The notes below the pieces were generated by a model, which saw nothing but the letters and a program-made list of their open reading frames with translations, was not told the origin of the DNA and did not search any database. DNA of 64,000 nt. Source: an uncultured Flavobacteriales bacterium (lineage in GTDB: Bacteria; Bacteroidota; Bacteroidia; Flavobacteriales_G; Salibacteraceae). Positions 9,392 through 19,590 of the stretch are shown in pieces. Position 1 is the stretch's first letter. Every line of letters begins with the position of its first letter. Where the stretch lies: contig CAWVSS010000002.1 of NCBI GenBank assembly GCA_963933405.1, positions 13,860-77,859 of the forward strand, in the 5' to 3' direction. The position numbers were made by a program, and so were the translations under genes.

Positions 9392-11467
9392 ATGGGAATT
9401 TCGTTTAGCTATCCGCTTGGATGGCTTTTTGTTTGTTTATTGGCCTCGTTTGCAGCCACATTTTTACTTTATCACAACGATTCAAAACTGAGCGAAATAA
9501 AAGTATCAGTAAAGCGGTTGTTGTTTGGTTTAAGATGGCTTGCCTTGTTTATGCTTGCGGGCCTTGTGTTAAAACCTTTTGTGAAAACAGAAATAACCAC
9601 CATTGAGAAGCCAATTCTTGCTATAGCAGTTGACAATTCTGAATCTATGGCGCTTCAGAATGATTCTACTCAACTTTCAAACTTGGTTAATGAAATAAAA
9701 ACGCTTTCTGCCAAGGTTTCGGATAAATACGATGTTCACCAATTTGCATTTGGTTCTTCGGTTAAGCTATCTGAAAATGTTCAGTTCAATCAAAAATTAT
9801 CAAATGTTTCGCAACTAAGAGATGAGCTGAATGTGGTATACAGCAACCGGAATTTAGCGGGAATAATATTGGTATCTGATGGAATTGTAAATAGAGGGCA
9901 GAGCTTGAAATACGCTTTCGAAAATTTTGATGTACCTGTTCATACTATTGGGGTTGGGGACTCTTCAGTTCAAAAAGATGCGAAAATTGCAAATATAAAA
10001 TCAAATGAAATCGCCTATCTAGGCAATGATTTTTTAGTTGAGGTTTCGATCGAGGCATCTGCTTTAAAAGATAAAGAAACAGAAATTTCTATTTCAAAAG
10101 ATTCGAAGATTATTGAGTCGAAAATGGTATTAATAGACAAGCAGCAACATTTTTCAAAATATCAATTTAAGTTATCAGCTGACGCAGCTGAAACTTCAAA
10201 ATATAGTGTTAAGTTAAAACCACTTAATGAAGAAGAGCAGTTGCAAAACAACAGCGCAGTGTTCTATGTTGATATAATTGACGCAAAGCAAAGAATCTTA
10301 ATTCTTGGTTCTGCTCCCCATCCTGATATAGCGGCATTAAATAGGTCTTTGTCTATTAAGGAAACCAATCAAATTGAACTTAATTTTTTAGGTGATGAGT
10401 TGGCTGATCTTGAATCTTACAATCTGGTAATTTTACATAACATCCCTTCAAAAAAGAAAAAAGTGGATACTAAAGAATTGTTCAATTCAATTAAGAATAA
10501 ATGGATAATTGGAGGCAACGATCTTGATTGGGGATTGTTAAGGTCAATGGATGTAGGTTTTAATCTAAAATCATTTGGAGGAGGTATTCAAGAGGCAACA
10601 GCTTATGTGAACGATGACTTTTTGATGTTTAATATTTCAGATAAAAGTAAATCTACTTTTGATAAAATGCCACCGTTAGTTATGCCATTTATGGAGTTTA
10701 ACTTGTCAAGTTCAGCTAAGGCAGTTCTAAACCAAAAAATTGGACCTGTTAAAACCAACAAACCATTAATGTACTTTGTTGAATCTGCCTCGAGCAAGAC
10801 CGCAATAACTTTTGGTGAAGGCATTTGGAGATGGCGAATAAAGGATTATCAACTCAATAAATCGCATGACAACTTCGATTCGTTTATTCAAAACGCAGCG
10901 CAGTACTTGGCTTCAAAAGAAGACAAAAGCCGACTAAGAATTAAATTTGAGAAGAGTATTTACGAAAATGAAAACTTTACTCTAACTGCTGAATTGTACG
11001 ATGAGCTTTTTGAGTTAACAACTAAAGGTGAAGTTTCAGTTCAATTTTTCCAAGACCAAAAAGAGATTCATAATTACAAGCTTTCGGCTTCCACCAAATC
11101 GTTCCAATTGTTACCCGTAAACTTTCCTGTAGGGAGTTATACTTTCGTTGTTAAAGCTCAATTAGGAGATCAAACGTATTCTAAAAATGGGGGTATGGTG
11201 ATTAAAAAATTAGAACTTGAAAAGCTTGATACTCGAGCAAATTTCACGGATTTGCAAAATGTTTCAATGGCAACAGGAGGCCAATTTTTTACAAGTAATA
11301 ATTTTAAATCAATTGAAGAAATGTTTCTTAAAAAAAATCAATCAAAGAACATATTGTATGTTGAATCAAAGTTTTTTGAGCTAATAAACATCAAATGGAT
11401 TTTTGCTATTGTTCTATTAATTATTGGATTAGAATGGTTTATTAGAAAAAGGAAAGGAGCCTATTAA
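9392..11467 (+). CDS. membrane-anchored VWA-domain protein (BatA-like N-terminal TM region)
   Basis: N-terminal and C-terminal TM helices, a MIDAS-like DNSES in ILAIAVDNSESM, and GIILVSDGIVNRG. Confidence 0.55.
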   Translation: MGISFSYPLGWLFVCLLASFAATFLLYHNDSKLSEIKVSVKRLLFGLRWLALFMLAGLVLKPFVKTEITTIEKPILAIAVDNSESMALQNDSTQLSNLVNEIKTLSAKVSDKYDVHQFAFGSSVKLSENVQFNQKLSNVSQLRDELNVVYSNRNLAGIILVSDGIVNRGQSLKYAFENFDVPVHTIGVGDSSVQKDAKIANIKSNEIAYLGNDFLVEVSIEASALKDKETEISISKDSKIIESKMVLIDKQQHFSKYQFKLSADAAETSKYSVKLKPLNEEEQLQNNSAVFYVDIIDAKQRILILGSAPHPDIAALNRSLSIKETNQIELNFLGDELADLESYNLVILHNIPSKKKKVDTKELFNSIKNKWIIGGNDLDWGLLRSMDVGFNLKSFGGGIQEATAYVNDDFLMFNISDKSKSTFDKMPPLVMPFMEFNLSSSAKAVLNQKIGPVKTNKPLMYFVESASSKTAITFGEGIWRWRIKDYQLNKSHDNFDSFIQNAAQYLASKEDKSRLRIKFEKSIYENENFTLTAELYDELFELTTKGEVSVQFFQDQKEIHNYKLSASTKSFQLLPVNFPVGSYTFVVKAQLGDQTYSKNGGMVIKKLELEKLDTRANFTDLQNVSMATGGQFFTSNNFKSIEEMFLKKNQSKNILYVESKFFELINIKWIFAIVLLIIGLEWFIRKRKGAY

Positions 11468-11468
11468 T

Positions 11469-12704
11469 ATGACAGCCGAGCTCGTTTTATTAATAATTCT
11501 GTCAATTTTCACTTTAGATTTTATACTGGAAAGAATTCTAGATGTTTTAAACAATAGAACGCTAAAAACCGAACTACCTGAATCAGGTAAAGACATCTAT
11601 AACAAGGATGAATATTCTCAAATGTTGTCCTATGAAAAGGAAACAGGCCGGTTTTCTCTGATATTAAGTGTAATAGGCTTTATTGTTACTTTTCTATTGT
11701 TATTTTATGGGTTTTTCGGTTGGTTCGACTCAATCATAAGACAATTTGGTTTTACCAATCAAATTGTTGTTGGTCTTTTGTTTTTTGGGGTTCTTGGTTT
11801 TGTTTCAGATATACTTACAACGCCATTTTCTATTTACAGCACTTTCGTGATTGAAGAGAAATTTGGATTCAACAAATCCAGTTATTCAACCTTTTTTGCT
11901 GATAAAATTAAAGGGTGGCTTCTTGGAGGGCTTTTGGGTGGAGGAATGTATTCTGTAATGGTGTTATTATTCAATTATTTTGGAACTTATTTTTGGATTT
12001 TCGCCTGGTTGGTAATCGTAGGTTTTAGTATCATAATGAACATGTTTTATGCATCTTTTATAATGCCGTTGTTTAATAAACTTAAACCTTTGGAGGAAGG
12101 AGAATTGAGGCAAAAAATTCAGCTGTATTGCAATTCAGTAAACTTTCCATTAACTAATGTATTTGTTATTGATGGATCCAAAAGATCGAGTAAAGCCAAT
12201 GCATTTTTTAGCGGATTGGGCAAACAAAAAAAGATTGTTCTTTACGATACACTTATTGAAAAACTAAGTCAAGAGGAAATAGTAGCCGTTCTTGCACATG
12301 AAGTAGGGCACTATAAAAAGAAACATATTGTATTCTCAACCATTTTAACCATGCTTTTAATGGGCTTAATGTTGTTTTTATTATCGCTTACGCTGAACAA
12401 TGAAACCTTGGCCGAAGCAATAGGAGCATCAACAACTTCTTTTCATATTAGCTTAATTCTATTTGGGTTTTTATACACACCAATATCATTAATTACAGGC
12501 GTAATAATGAATATTCTGTCAAGAAAAAATGAATTTGAAGCAGATGATTTTGCTAAGAACACATATCAATCTGTCCATCTTCAATCTTCATTGAAAAAAC
12601 TAGCTGTTGATTCTTTAAGCAATTTAACGCCACACAAAGGGTATGTTTTCTTTCATTATTCTCATCCACCATTGTTGCAAAGAATAGAGAATCTAAAGAA
12701 CTAA
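11469..12704 (+). CDS. M48-family (Ste24/HtpX-like) zinc metallopeptidase
   Basis: A multi-TM N-terminal half, the HEVGH zinc motif and a downstream EFEAD. Confidence 0.8.
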   Translation: MTAELVLLIILSIFTLDFILERILDVLNNRTLKTELPESGKDIYNKDEYSQMLSYEKETGRFSLILSVIGFIVTFLLLFYGFFGWFDSIIRQFGFTNQIVVGLLFFGVLGFVSDILTTPFSIYSTFVIEEKFGFNKSSYSTFFADKIKGWLLGGLLGGGMYSVMVLLFNYFGTYFWIFAWLVIVGFSIIMNMFYASFIMPLFNKLKPLEEGELRQKIQLYCNSVNFPLTNVFVIDGSKRSSKANAFFSGLGKQKKIVLYDTLIEKLSQEEIVAVLAHEVGHYKKKHIVFSTILTMLLMGLMLFLLSLTLNNETLAEAIGASTTSFHISLILFGFLYTPISLITGVIMNILSRKNEFEADDFAKNTYQSVHLQSSLKKLAVDSLSNLTPHKGYVFFHYSHPPLLQRIENLKN

Positions 12705-13414
12705 AGGTTATTTATCCAATTAACTACGTCGGTTAAACTTTCATTTGAAATTCCATGTGCCAAAGGATATTCCTTAAATGAGTAATTCGTGAAATGCGAT
12801 TCTAAGTTTTTGTAAGATTCCTTAGCTCTTGTAACTGGAATAACATCATCTTGGATGCCATGCACAGCAAAAAATGGTATTTTCTTAGCTAATAAATTGT
12901 TTGGGTCAACCGCAACAATATCACCGTTGTAATATCCACTCATAGCAACTACAGCTTTAATTTTTTCAGGATATTTTAAAGCAGTTGCAATACTCATTAT
13001 TGCACCTTGGCTAAAACCCATCAGAATTACCTTTGGCTCTGTGCTATATTGATTTATAGCGTATTCAATAAATTGGTCAATCTTTTCAACTGAAGCTTTA
13101 GCTTGAGGAATATCTGACCAATATCCGTCGTTGGATACTTGAAGGTTGTACCAAGCAAAACCCATATAATACTCATTAGGAGCTTGAGCGCTCACCACTA
13201 TAAAATTTGAAGATAATTCATTAGCAAAACTGAACAAATCATCTTTATTGCTACCTACGCCATGCAATTGAACGATAAGTGTTGGGTTATTGATTTCCGC
13301 GTTTGCTTTTTTAACATTGTATTCTAATATTGACTTCATTTTCATTGAACTTTGAGCGTCCGCAAAAATAGCTACTATTAAAGCAAAAATTAAACTTAAA
13401 GTATATTTTAGCAC
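12701..13414 (-). CDS. alpha/beta hydrolase (phospholipase/carboxylesterase family), secreted
   Basis: Signal peptide, nucleophile elbow GFSQGA, and late HG/D motifs. Confidence 0.7.
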   Translation of the reverse strand: MLKYTLSLIFALIVAIFADAQSSMKMKSILEYNVKKANAEINNPTLIVQLHGVGSNKDDLFSFANELSSNFIVVSAQAPNEYYMGFAWYNLQVSNDGYWSDIPQAKASVEKIDQFIEYAINQYSTEPKVILMGFSQGAIMSIATALKYPEKIKAVVAMSGYYNGDIVAVDPNNLLAKKIPFFAVHGIQDDVIPVTRAKESYKNLESHFTNYSFKEYPLAHGISNESLTDVVNWINNL

Positions 13415-13430
13415 AGGTTAAATTTAGAAT

Positions 13431-14084
13431 TTGAATAAAACGTTTAAAACAGAAATAAAGGTATCAAAAACTGCTAGAATATTTTATACAGTTAACGATA
13501 ATGATGTGAAAGTTAAATGGATGTGTATTCATGGCTACGGTCAGTTAGCTTTATTTTTTATAAAAAAATTCGAATACCTGAACAAGGGTCATGTATTTTA
13601 TTCGCCTGAAGGACTTCACCGTTTTTATACTTTAGGATTTTATGGCAGAGTAGGTGCCAGTTGGATGACCAAAGAAGATAGGCTTGTAGATATCAAGGAT
13701 AATATTGAATTCCTTGACCAGGTCAATGATTTAATGAAGAAAAATCATAGTAAGGCCAAACTTGGGCTTTTTAGTTTTTCGCAAGGTACTGCAACTCTAA
13801 TTCGGTTTATTTACAATAAAAAAATAAAACCAGATTATTTGATTATTTGGGCCGGTAGCTTGCCTCCTGAATTAGAGGCAAGCGAAGGGTTGATAAATTT
13901 ATTAATAAAAACTAAAGTGTTTTTTGTTGCTTGTGATCAAGATGAATTTATAGATGAAGAAAATTACAAGATAAATACACGATTAATGTCAACTATAGCA
14001 CCCCATTTTAAATTGGTCAATTATAAAGGTAAACATGCCATTGACGTTGAAATACTACAAGGCTTGCTTAATAAAATCGATTAG
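13431..14084 (+). CDS. alpha/beta hydrolase (esterase-like)
   Basis: IHGYGQ oxyanion region and SFSQGT nucleophile elbow. The start is a TTG, so the 5' end is uncertain. Confidence 0.6.
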   Translation: MNKTFKTEIKVSKTARIFYTVNDNDVKVKWMCIHGYGQLALFFIKKFEYLNKGHVFYSPEGLHRFYTLGFYGRVGASWMTKEDRLVDIKDNIEFLDQVNDLMKKNHSKAKLGLFSFSQGTATLIRFIYNKKIKPDYLIIWAGSLPPELEASEGLINLLIKTKVFFVACDQDEFIDEENYKINTRLMSTIAPHFKLVNYKGKHAIDVEILQGLLNKID

Positions 14085-14210
14085 CTAAGAATACTAGCTT
14101 TTATATCGTTCAATTTTTCCATTGGCTGAATCTTTAACAAATATCGATTTCATTGGAATGTCGGTAAAAAAATCTTTTTTATTCGACACTTAGTTTTATT
14201 ATTGCACCAA

Positions 14211-14365
14211 TAAAGGTTTTTAAGATTTTTTCAATCTGAAAATTAAAAGGGAATCAAGTGTAAATCTTGAACTGTTCCCGCAGCTGTAAGGTTGTTGTGC
14301 TTTTGTATCTCACGCCACTCTATTTATAGGGGAAGGCAACAAAAGATAAACCGAGTCAGAAGACC
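14211..14365 (+). promoter_or_regulatory. cobalamin (B12) riboswitch
   Basis: Conserved blocks are in the canonical order: AAAAGGGAA, GTGTAAATC, CTGTTCCCGCAGCTGTAAG, the B12 box CACGCCACT, GGGAAGGC and AGTCAGAAGACCTGCC. A P1-like AAAGG/CCTTT pairing closes the element. It sits directly upstream of a TonB-dependent receptor. Confidence 0.8.
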
Positions 14366-14428
14366 TGCCTTTTGAAATTGAGTTACATGAACCTCGGGAA
14401 AAGGGGATTAAAACTAAAGACTGTTTAA

Positions 14429-16270
14429 TTGAAAATAAATCTTTTATTAGCGATATTATTCGTGAAGCTCCTTTGTTACCATGAAGTTGTTAAAGCACAG
14501 GTGGTTGAACTTGATTCGTTTAGATTAACTAATGCAGGTATTTCTAATATTGATCAACATGCTACTTATCGATTTGATCTTGAAACAAATTCTAGCGATA
14601 ATTTAATTGATGCTGTAAATAAAAATTCACCTGTTTTTGTGAAATCAAATGGTTTATCTGGACTTAGTTCTATAAACATTAGAGGAGCAGCATCACATCA
14701 CACAAAAATATTTTGGAACGGCATTAATGTTTCTTCACCAATGTTAGGTGTCACTGATTTTAATACCTTAAACTCTCCAATTTTAAGTAATTTTGAAATA
14801 ATGCCAGGATCTGGTGGTCATTTTAATGGATTAAGTGGAATTGGAGGAAACGTAATCTTAACAACTAATAATTTAAGTGATTATTCTTTTGTTCAGAATT
14901 TTAGCACAAATACTTTTGGAGCCATTTCATCGTCTACGAAAGTGGCTAGAAAAATAAATAGTAAGTTTTTTAAAGTAGGAACCCTAGTCTCAAGATCACC
15001 AAATAGCTATAGCTACTTTAAAGACGGAATAACAGATACATTAAAAAATGTAACACCATCTTCTCAAAATGTTCTTGAATTTAGCTTTGGCGACAAAACT
15101 TCATCACAAACCGAATATGATTTATCGTTTAAAACTTCAGATCAAAGCAGAACCCTGCCTTCACCAATAGGTGTTTCTACAAACGATTATCAAGATGATG
15201 AAATGCATGTTATCTCCCTTAATTTGAAGCATAATTTTGAAAAGTCAATATTCAAGTTAACCATGGGCGGATTAAGTCAAAGTATTTTATATGTTAATCC
15301 GCTGTCGAAAATCAATTCTTTTGCAAATACAAAATCAGCTCAAATTAATTCCGAATTTCATCATTATTCAAACTGGTTTCGTTCTGATTTTTCATTGTAT
15401 TCAGAGTATTCATCCAACAAGAATTATGGCTATTTGGATAGAAAGAAACAACTTCATAGCAGGGTTGCAATAGGTTTAAGACTTATTAAATATAGTAAAC
15501 TTTCAATTTCAGTATTGAATAGAATTGATGTTTCTGAGAATAGTATCATTCCTTTCATTCCAAGCTTTTCAAGTCTGTTTTTTGTCACTAAAAATAAGAA
15601 GCTTTCTATTAATTTAAACGCGTCTAGAAATATTCAAAGACCTAGCTTAAATGATAGGTATTGGTCGGTAGGCGGTAATCCTGATTTAAATTATGAAGAT
15701 TCGAAGGAAATAGAAACAGGATTACAATACAATTCAAAATCATTTGAAGTTGGATTTGTATTGTATAATAGAATAATTGATAACTGGATATTATGGGCGC
15801 CGAATCAATTAGGGATTTGGACACCTCAAAACTTAAAAGCTGTTCAAAGTAAAGGTATTGAGTTAAAGTTAAATCTGGAACACAAGGTTAAGAAATTAAA
15901 TATTTCATTGAATACTATCTCTTCAATCAATTCGTCAACCAATTATGAGGTCGTTGAGGGGAATGAAAATCAAATAGGGAAGCAGTTAATTTACATCCCT
16001 TTAATAAACTCCAAAAGCAATTTAGCTATTAAATATGGAAATGCTGGGTTTAGGTATAATTACCAATTCACTGATAAAAGGTTTTACACCACTTCTAATT
16101 CTTTGTTTTTAGATTCGTATCATTTGCATGGAGCAAGTATTATATATCACTATAAAGAGTCAATGATAGCAGTTAGTGTCAACAATATTTTTAATGCTGA
16201 CTTTCAAGAAATATTAAATATTCCAACACCAAAAATTAATTATTCAATATCAATAACAATTAAATTATGA
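14429..16270 (+). CDS. btuB: TonB-dependent outer-membrane receptor, BtuB-like (vitamin B12)
   Basis: Signal peptide, plug-domain motif SINIRGAASHHTKIFWNGINV, a beta-barrel-like repetitive C-terminal part, and riboswitch context. The start is a TTG, so the 5' end is uncertain. Confidence 0.8.
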   Translation: MKINLLLAILFVKLLCYHEVVKAQVVELDSFRLTNAGISNIDQHATYRFDLETNSSDNLIDAVNKNSPVFVKSNGLSGLSSINIRGAASHHTKIFWNGINVSSPMLGVTDFNTLNSPILSNFEIMPGSGGHFNGLSGIGGNVILTTNNLSDYSFVQNFSTNTFGAISSSTKVARKINSKFFKVGTLVSRSPNSYSYFKDGITDTLKNVTPSSQNVLEFSFGDKTSSQTEYDLSFKTSDQSRTLPSPIGVSTNDYQDDEMHVISLNLKHNFEKSIFKLTMGGLSQSILYVNPLSKINSFANTKSAQINSEFHHYSNWFRSDFSLYSEYSSNKNYGYLDRKKQLHSRVAIGLRLIKYSKLSISVLNRIDVSENSIIPFIPSFSSLFFVTKNKKLSINLNASRNIQRPSLNDRYWSVGGNPDLNYEDSKEIETGLQYNSKSFEVGFVLYNRIIDNWILWAPNQLGIWTPQNLKAVQSKGIELKLNLEHKVKKLNISLNTISSINSSTNYEVVEGNENQIGKQLIYIPLINSKSNLAIKYGNAGFRYNYQFTDKRFYTTSNSLFLDSYHLHGASIIYHYKESMIAVSVNNIFNADFQEILNIPTPKINYSISITIKL

Positions 16271-17331
16271 AAAAACTAAACTTATTTATTATTACACTTC
16301 TAGTCTCAGGCCTTATGTCATGTAAAGACGATTTAGAGACAGATCCTGTTATTCCGGTAACACCTGTAACAATAGTTACTCAACCAACCGCAGTGGATAG
16401 CAATTATGTTATCGTGGTTAACGAAGGAGGATTTAACTCATCAAATGCTTCCATTTCAAGATACAATGAAGATAGCAAAACACTTTTAAATAATGTTTAT
16501 GCTTCAGCAAACTCAACAGGATTAGGCGATATTGGTTATACCATTTCAACCGACGGTAATTTGGCCTTTATTGTTGTCAACAACTCAGGTAAAATAGTGA
16601 AAGTTAGCTTACCTGATTTAACTCTACAAAATACTATTTCTGGTTTTACATCACCTCGTGAAATGGTCTGTATTAACGATCAAATAGCTTATGTAACTGA
16701 TTTGTTTTCAAATACAATCAGCAAAGTATCTTTAACCTCAAATTCGATTACATCTACAATTGCTGTTCAAGGCCATACCGAAAGTATCCTTTATTATGAA
16801 GATTACCTATATATAGGCGTAATGGGCAGGAATAAAATTCTGAAATTAGATCCTACTACTGATACCTTTATAGATAGTGCAGAAGTAAACCAATCTCCAA
16901 ACTCAATGCGATTTGATAATAATGGTAAACTTTGGGTTATGTGTGATGGTGGCTGGCAAGGAAATGATGTAGGAGGATTATTTAAAATTAATCCAAACGA
17001 TATGTCAATTGAACTAGAAATGGACTTTTCTGCAGGCGTATCTCCAAAAAAACTAACAAGTAACTCAACCAATACGGAGTTGTATTATTTAAACGGAGAT
17101 ATTTTTAAAGTGTCGAGTTCAATTACAGCACTTCCAAGTTCTGCATTTATTTCATCGGGATCTTCAACATTTTATGGACTTGCTGTAAATCCTTACACAG
17201 GTATCATATATACTTCAGATGCAAAAGACTTTCAGCAAGAAGGAGAAGTTGTTGTGTATTCAGCAAGTGGGGTAGAGTTAGATAAGGTAATGACTGGGAT
17301 TATTCCAGGTAATTTTGGGTTTTATAAATAA
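16267..17331 (+). CDS. surface lipoprotein, YncE/DUF5074-like beta-propeller (candidate corrinoid-binding accessory)
   Basis: Lipobox LVSGLMSC, a VVNEGGFNSSNASISRYN motif, repeated beta-strand-rich blades, and an ATGA overlap with the btuB-like gene. Confidence 0.55.
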   Translation: MKKLNLFIITLLVSGLMSCKDDLETDPVIPVTPVTIVTQPTAVDSNYVIVVNEGGFNSSNASISRYNEDSKTLLNNVYASANSTGLGDIGYTISTDGNLAFIVVNNSGKIVKVSLPDLTLQNTISGFTSPREMVCINDQIAYVTDLFSNTISKVSLTSNSITSTIAVQGHTESILYYEDYLYIGVMGRNKILKLDPTTDTFIDSAEVNQSPNSMRFDNNGKLWVMCDGGWQGNDVGGLFKINPNDMSIELEMDFSAGVSPKKLTSNSTNTELYYLNGDIFKVSSSITALPSSAFISSGSSTFYGLAVNPYTGIIYTSDAKDFQQEGEVVVYSASGVELDKVMTGIIPGNFGFYK

Positions 17332-17334
17332 AAA

Positions 17335-17366
17335 AAAGGCGGTTTTGAATATTCAAAACCGCCTTT
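17335..17366. terminator. bidirectional rho-independent terminator between the convergent lipoprotein gene and ndk
   Basis: Perfect palindrome aaaggcggttttgaat/attcaaaaccgccttt flanked by an A-run on one side and a T-rich stretch on the other. Confidence 0.7.
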
Positions 17367-17388
17367 CAATAATTTTGAAAAGTATTAT

Positions 17389-17808
17389 TTAAAACATTTC
17401 TCTTGAGCTAAAGTAAAATGCTCCTTCAATAGCTGCATTATCATTAGAATCAGAACCATGAACTGCATTTTTTGCTTTTGATTCAGCAAATTCTACTCTA
17501 ATTGTTCCTTCAGCAGCTTCAGTAGGATCAGTTGAACCAATAAGTTCTCTGAAATCAGCAACTGCATTGTCTTTTTCAAGAATAGCAGCAACTATAGGGC
17601 CACCGCTCATGTAATCTACTAATTCACCATAAAATGGACGTTCGCTATGAACTTCATAAAACTTACCTGCTTCAGCTTTGCTCAGCATAGTTTTTTTTGT
17701 TGCTACGATTCTAAATCCCGCTTTTTCGATTTTGGCTAATATTGCTCCAGCGAATCCTTTTTCAACTGCTTCAGGCTTAACCATTGTAAATGTTCTATTT
17801 GTTGCCAT
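17389..17808 (-). CDS. ndk: nucleoside-diphosphate kinase
   Basis: [11 protein letters not shown] and the active-site NAVHGSDS; 139 aa. Confidence 0.95.
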   Translation of the reverse strand: MATNRTFTMVKPEAVEKGFAGAILAKIEKAGFRIVATKKTMLSKAEAGKFYEVHSERPFYGELVDYMSGGPIVAAILEKDNAVADFRELIGSTDPTEAAEGTIRVEFAESKAKNAVHGSDSNDNAAIEGAFYFSSREMF

Positions 17809-17894
17809 ACTTTATATTTTTCACTTTAATTTGGTGACAAAAGTAGAAAACTCATTAAGCAATTAAAAATATTCTTCGCTTAGTTTAGATATTA

Positions 17895-18938
17895 TTGCAA
17901 TTAAATTGCATCAATTTGAATTATACCGAAATAAAAAAGTATTTATCTCCTGAATACAAAATTGTAATTACATCTCATATGTCACCCGATGCCGACGCAG
18001 TAGGATCATCAGTGGCGCTAAGAAATACTATTTTAGACTTTGGCGGAACAGCAACCATAGTTTTACCAGATGAATATCCTGAATTTATTTCATGGATGAG
18101 CCCTGATATAGAAATTTTGAAGGCCAATACTGATATAGAAAAGGTTGAAAAAGTAGTATCAGAAGCAGATGTTATATTTCTATTAGATTACAACAACTTA
18201 TCAAGAGTAGGTGTAGTGTTAGGATCGTTAATTGAAAAAAGTTATGCTGTTAAGATATTGATAGATCATCATCAACAACCGGATGAGTTCGATTATGTAT
18301 TCAGCGATACGAGGGCCTCTTCAACGTGCGAAATGATTTTTGACCTTATTGAAAAAGTAAATTATCTAAATCATTTAGATACACTTGGCGCTGAAGCAAT
18401 ATACGCTGGTATTATGACTGATACTGGTAATTTTAGATTCAATTCAACATCACAACGCACGCATGAAGTTGCAGCAAAACTGCTAAACCATGGGGTAGTA
18501 CCTGATAAAATTTACCATTTAATTCACGATCAAAACTCTGTAGACAGATTGAAACTATTGGGTTTTGTGATTGAAAACAGAATGAAGTACTACAAGGCAT
18601 TAAATACCATTTGTTTTTATTTAACCCTTCAGGATAAGAAAGATTTTAACTTTAAGAAAGGTGACTCTGAGGGATTCGTGAATTATGGTTTATCAGTTAG
18701 AGGAGTCGTTTTTTCAGTATTTTTTAGTGAAGATGAAAAATTGGTTAAAATGTCTTTCCGTTCAAAAGGCAATTTTAACGTAAATCAATTTGCTCGAACA
18801 CATTTTAGCGGAGGAGGACATTTTAATGCTGCCGGAGGAAGGTCTTTAGATTCGATTGATGATACTGTTTTTAATTTCAGTAAACTAATTACAACATATA
18901 AAGAACCGCTTACTAATGTCAAAATTTACAATAAATAG
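17895..18938 (+). CDS. DHH/DHHA1 phosphoesterase (NrnA-like oligoribonuclease/pAp phosphatase)
   Basis: SPDADAVGSS, LIDHHQ (DHH motif) and SGGGHFNAAG (DHHA1). The start codon is uncertain: TTG at 17895, or the in-frame TTG at 17925. Confidence 0.8.
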   Translation: MQLNCINLNYTEIKKYLSPEYKIVITSHMSPDADAVGSSVALRNTILDFGGTATIVLPDEYPEFISWMSPDIEILKANTDIEKVEKVVSEADVIFLLDYNNLSRVGVVLGSLIEKSYAVKILIDHHQQPDEFDYVFSDTRASSTCEMIFDLIEKVNYLNHLDTLGAEAIYAGIMTDTGNFRFNSTSQRTHEVAAKLLNHGVVPDKIYHLIHDQNSVDRLKLLGFVIENRMKYYKALNTICFYLTLQDKKDFNFKKGDSEGFVNYGLSVRGVVFSVFFSEDEKLVKMSFRSKGNFNVNQFARTHFSGGGHFNAAGGRSLDSIDDTVFNFSKLITTYKEPLTNVKIYNK

Positions 18939-19590
18939 GGCTATAGTTTCATTGATAATTGTGGTTTCTGCTTTTACTTTAAAAGGGCAGGATTTTGAAT
19001 TGACCAACGGAGATTTACTTTTTCAAGATCTTGATTGTGGACCTTTTTGTGATGCCATTGAAAAAGTAACTGAAGGTTACAGAGGAGCACAATTATCACA
19101 TGTTGGAATTGCTTATTTTAATGAAAATCAATGGAAGGTAATTGAAGCTGGATCAAATGGGGTCGTTATCACTGCTTTATCCGACTTTTTAATTCGATCT
19201 AAGGATGATCAAATGAAACCTAAAGTACTCGTAGGAAGAATTAAAAATCTTGAGGCATCTGTTGCCGGTGAATCTAGCAAAAACGCGTTGGCTTTTTTGG
19301 GTTCTGCTTACGATGATGGTTTCGATATTGAGAATAAAAAATACTATTGCTCTGAATTGGTTTATTACAGTTTTTTGAATCAAAAAAAACCAATTTTCAT
19401 TATCAATCCAATGACTTTTGTGAATCCTGAAACCAAGGTTACTTTTAATCTTTGGGTTGATTATTTTAACGATTTAAAAATGGAAATACCTGAAGGTAAA
19501 TTAGGGTTAAATCCCGGTGGTTTATCTCGTTCGGAGTATGTTGAAATTGTTCACTTTTATGGCAACCCTGATGGGTTTAACGCATTATGA
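18916..19590 (+). CDS. YiiX/YaeF-like permuted papain-fold (NlpC/P60 superfamily) protein, secreted
   Basis: Signal peptide, GDLLF, SHVGIA and YYCSELVYYSF with a candidate catalytic Cys. Confidence 0.5.
   Translation: MSKFTINRAIVSLIIVVSAFTLKGQDFELTNGDLLFQDLDCGPFCDAIEKVTEGYRGAQLSHVGIAYFNENQWKVIEAGSNGVVITALSDFLIRSKDDQMKPKVLVGRIKNLEASVAGESSKNALAFLGSAYDDGFDIENKKYYCSELVYYSFLNQKKPIFIINPMTFVNPETKVTFNLWVDYFNDLKMEIPEGKLGLNPGGLSRSEYVEIVHFYGNPDGFNAL

Noticed and set aside
8807-11000. Overlapping or antisense ORFs 8807-8998, 9421-9606 and 10603-10824
   Set aside because: They are alternative-frame or antisense ORFs inside fabG and the VWA gene, with no independent support.
15291-17866. Small ORFs 15291-15473, 15642-15824, 16803-17072 and 17678-17866
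   Set aside because: They are embedded in or antisense to the btuB-like gene, the lipoprotein gene or ndk, so they are shadow ORFs.
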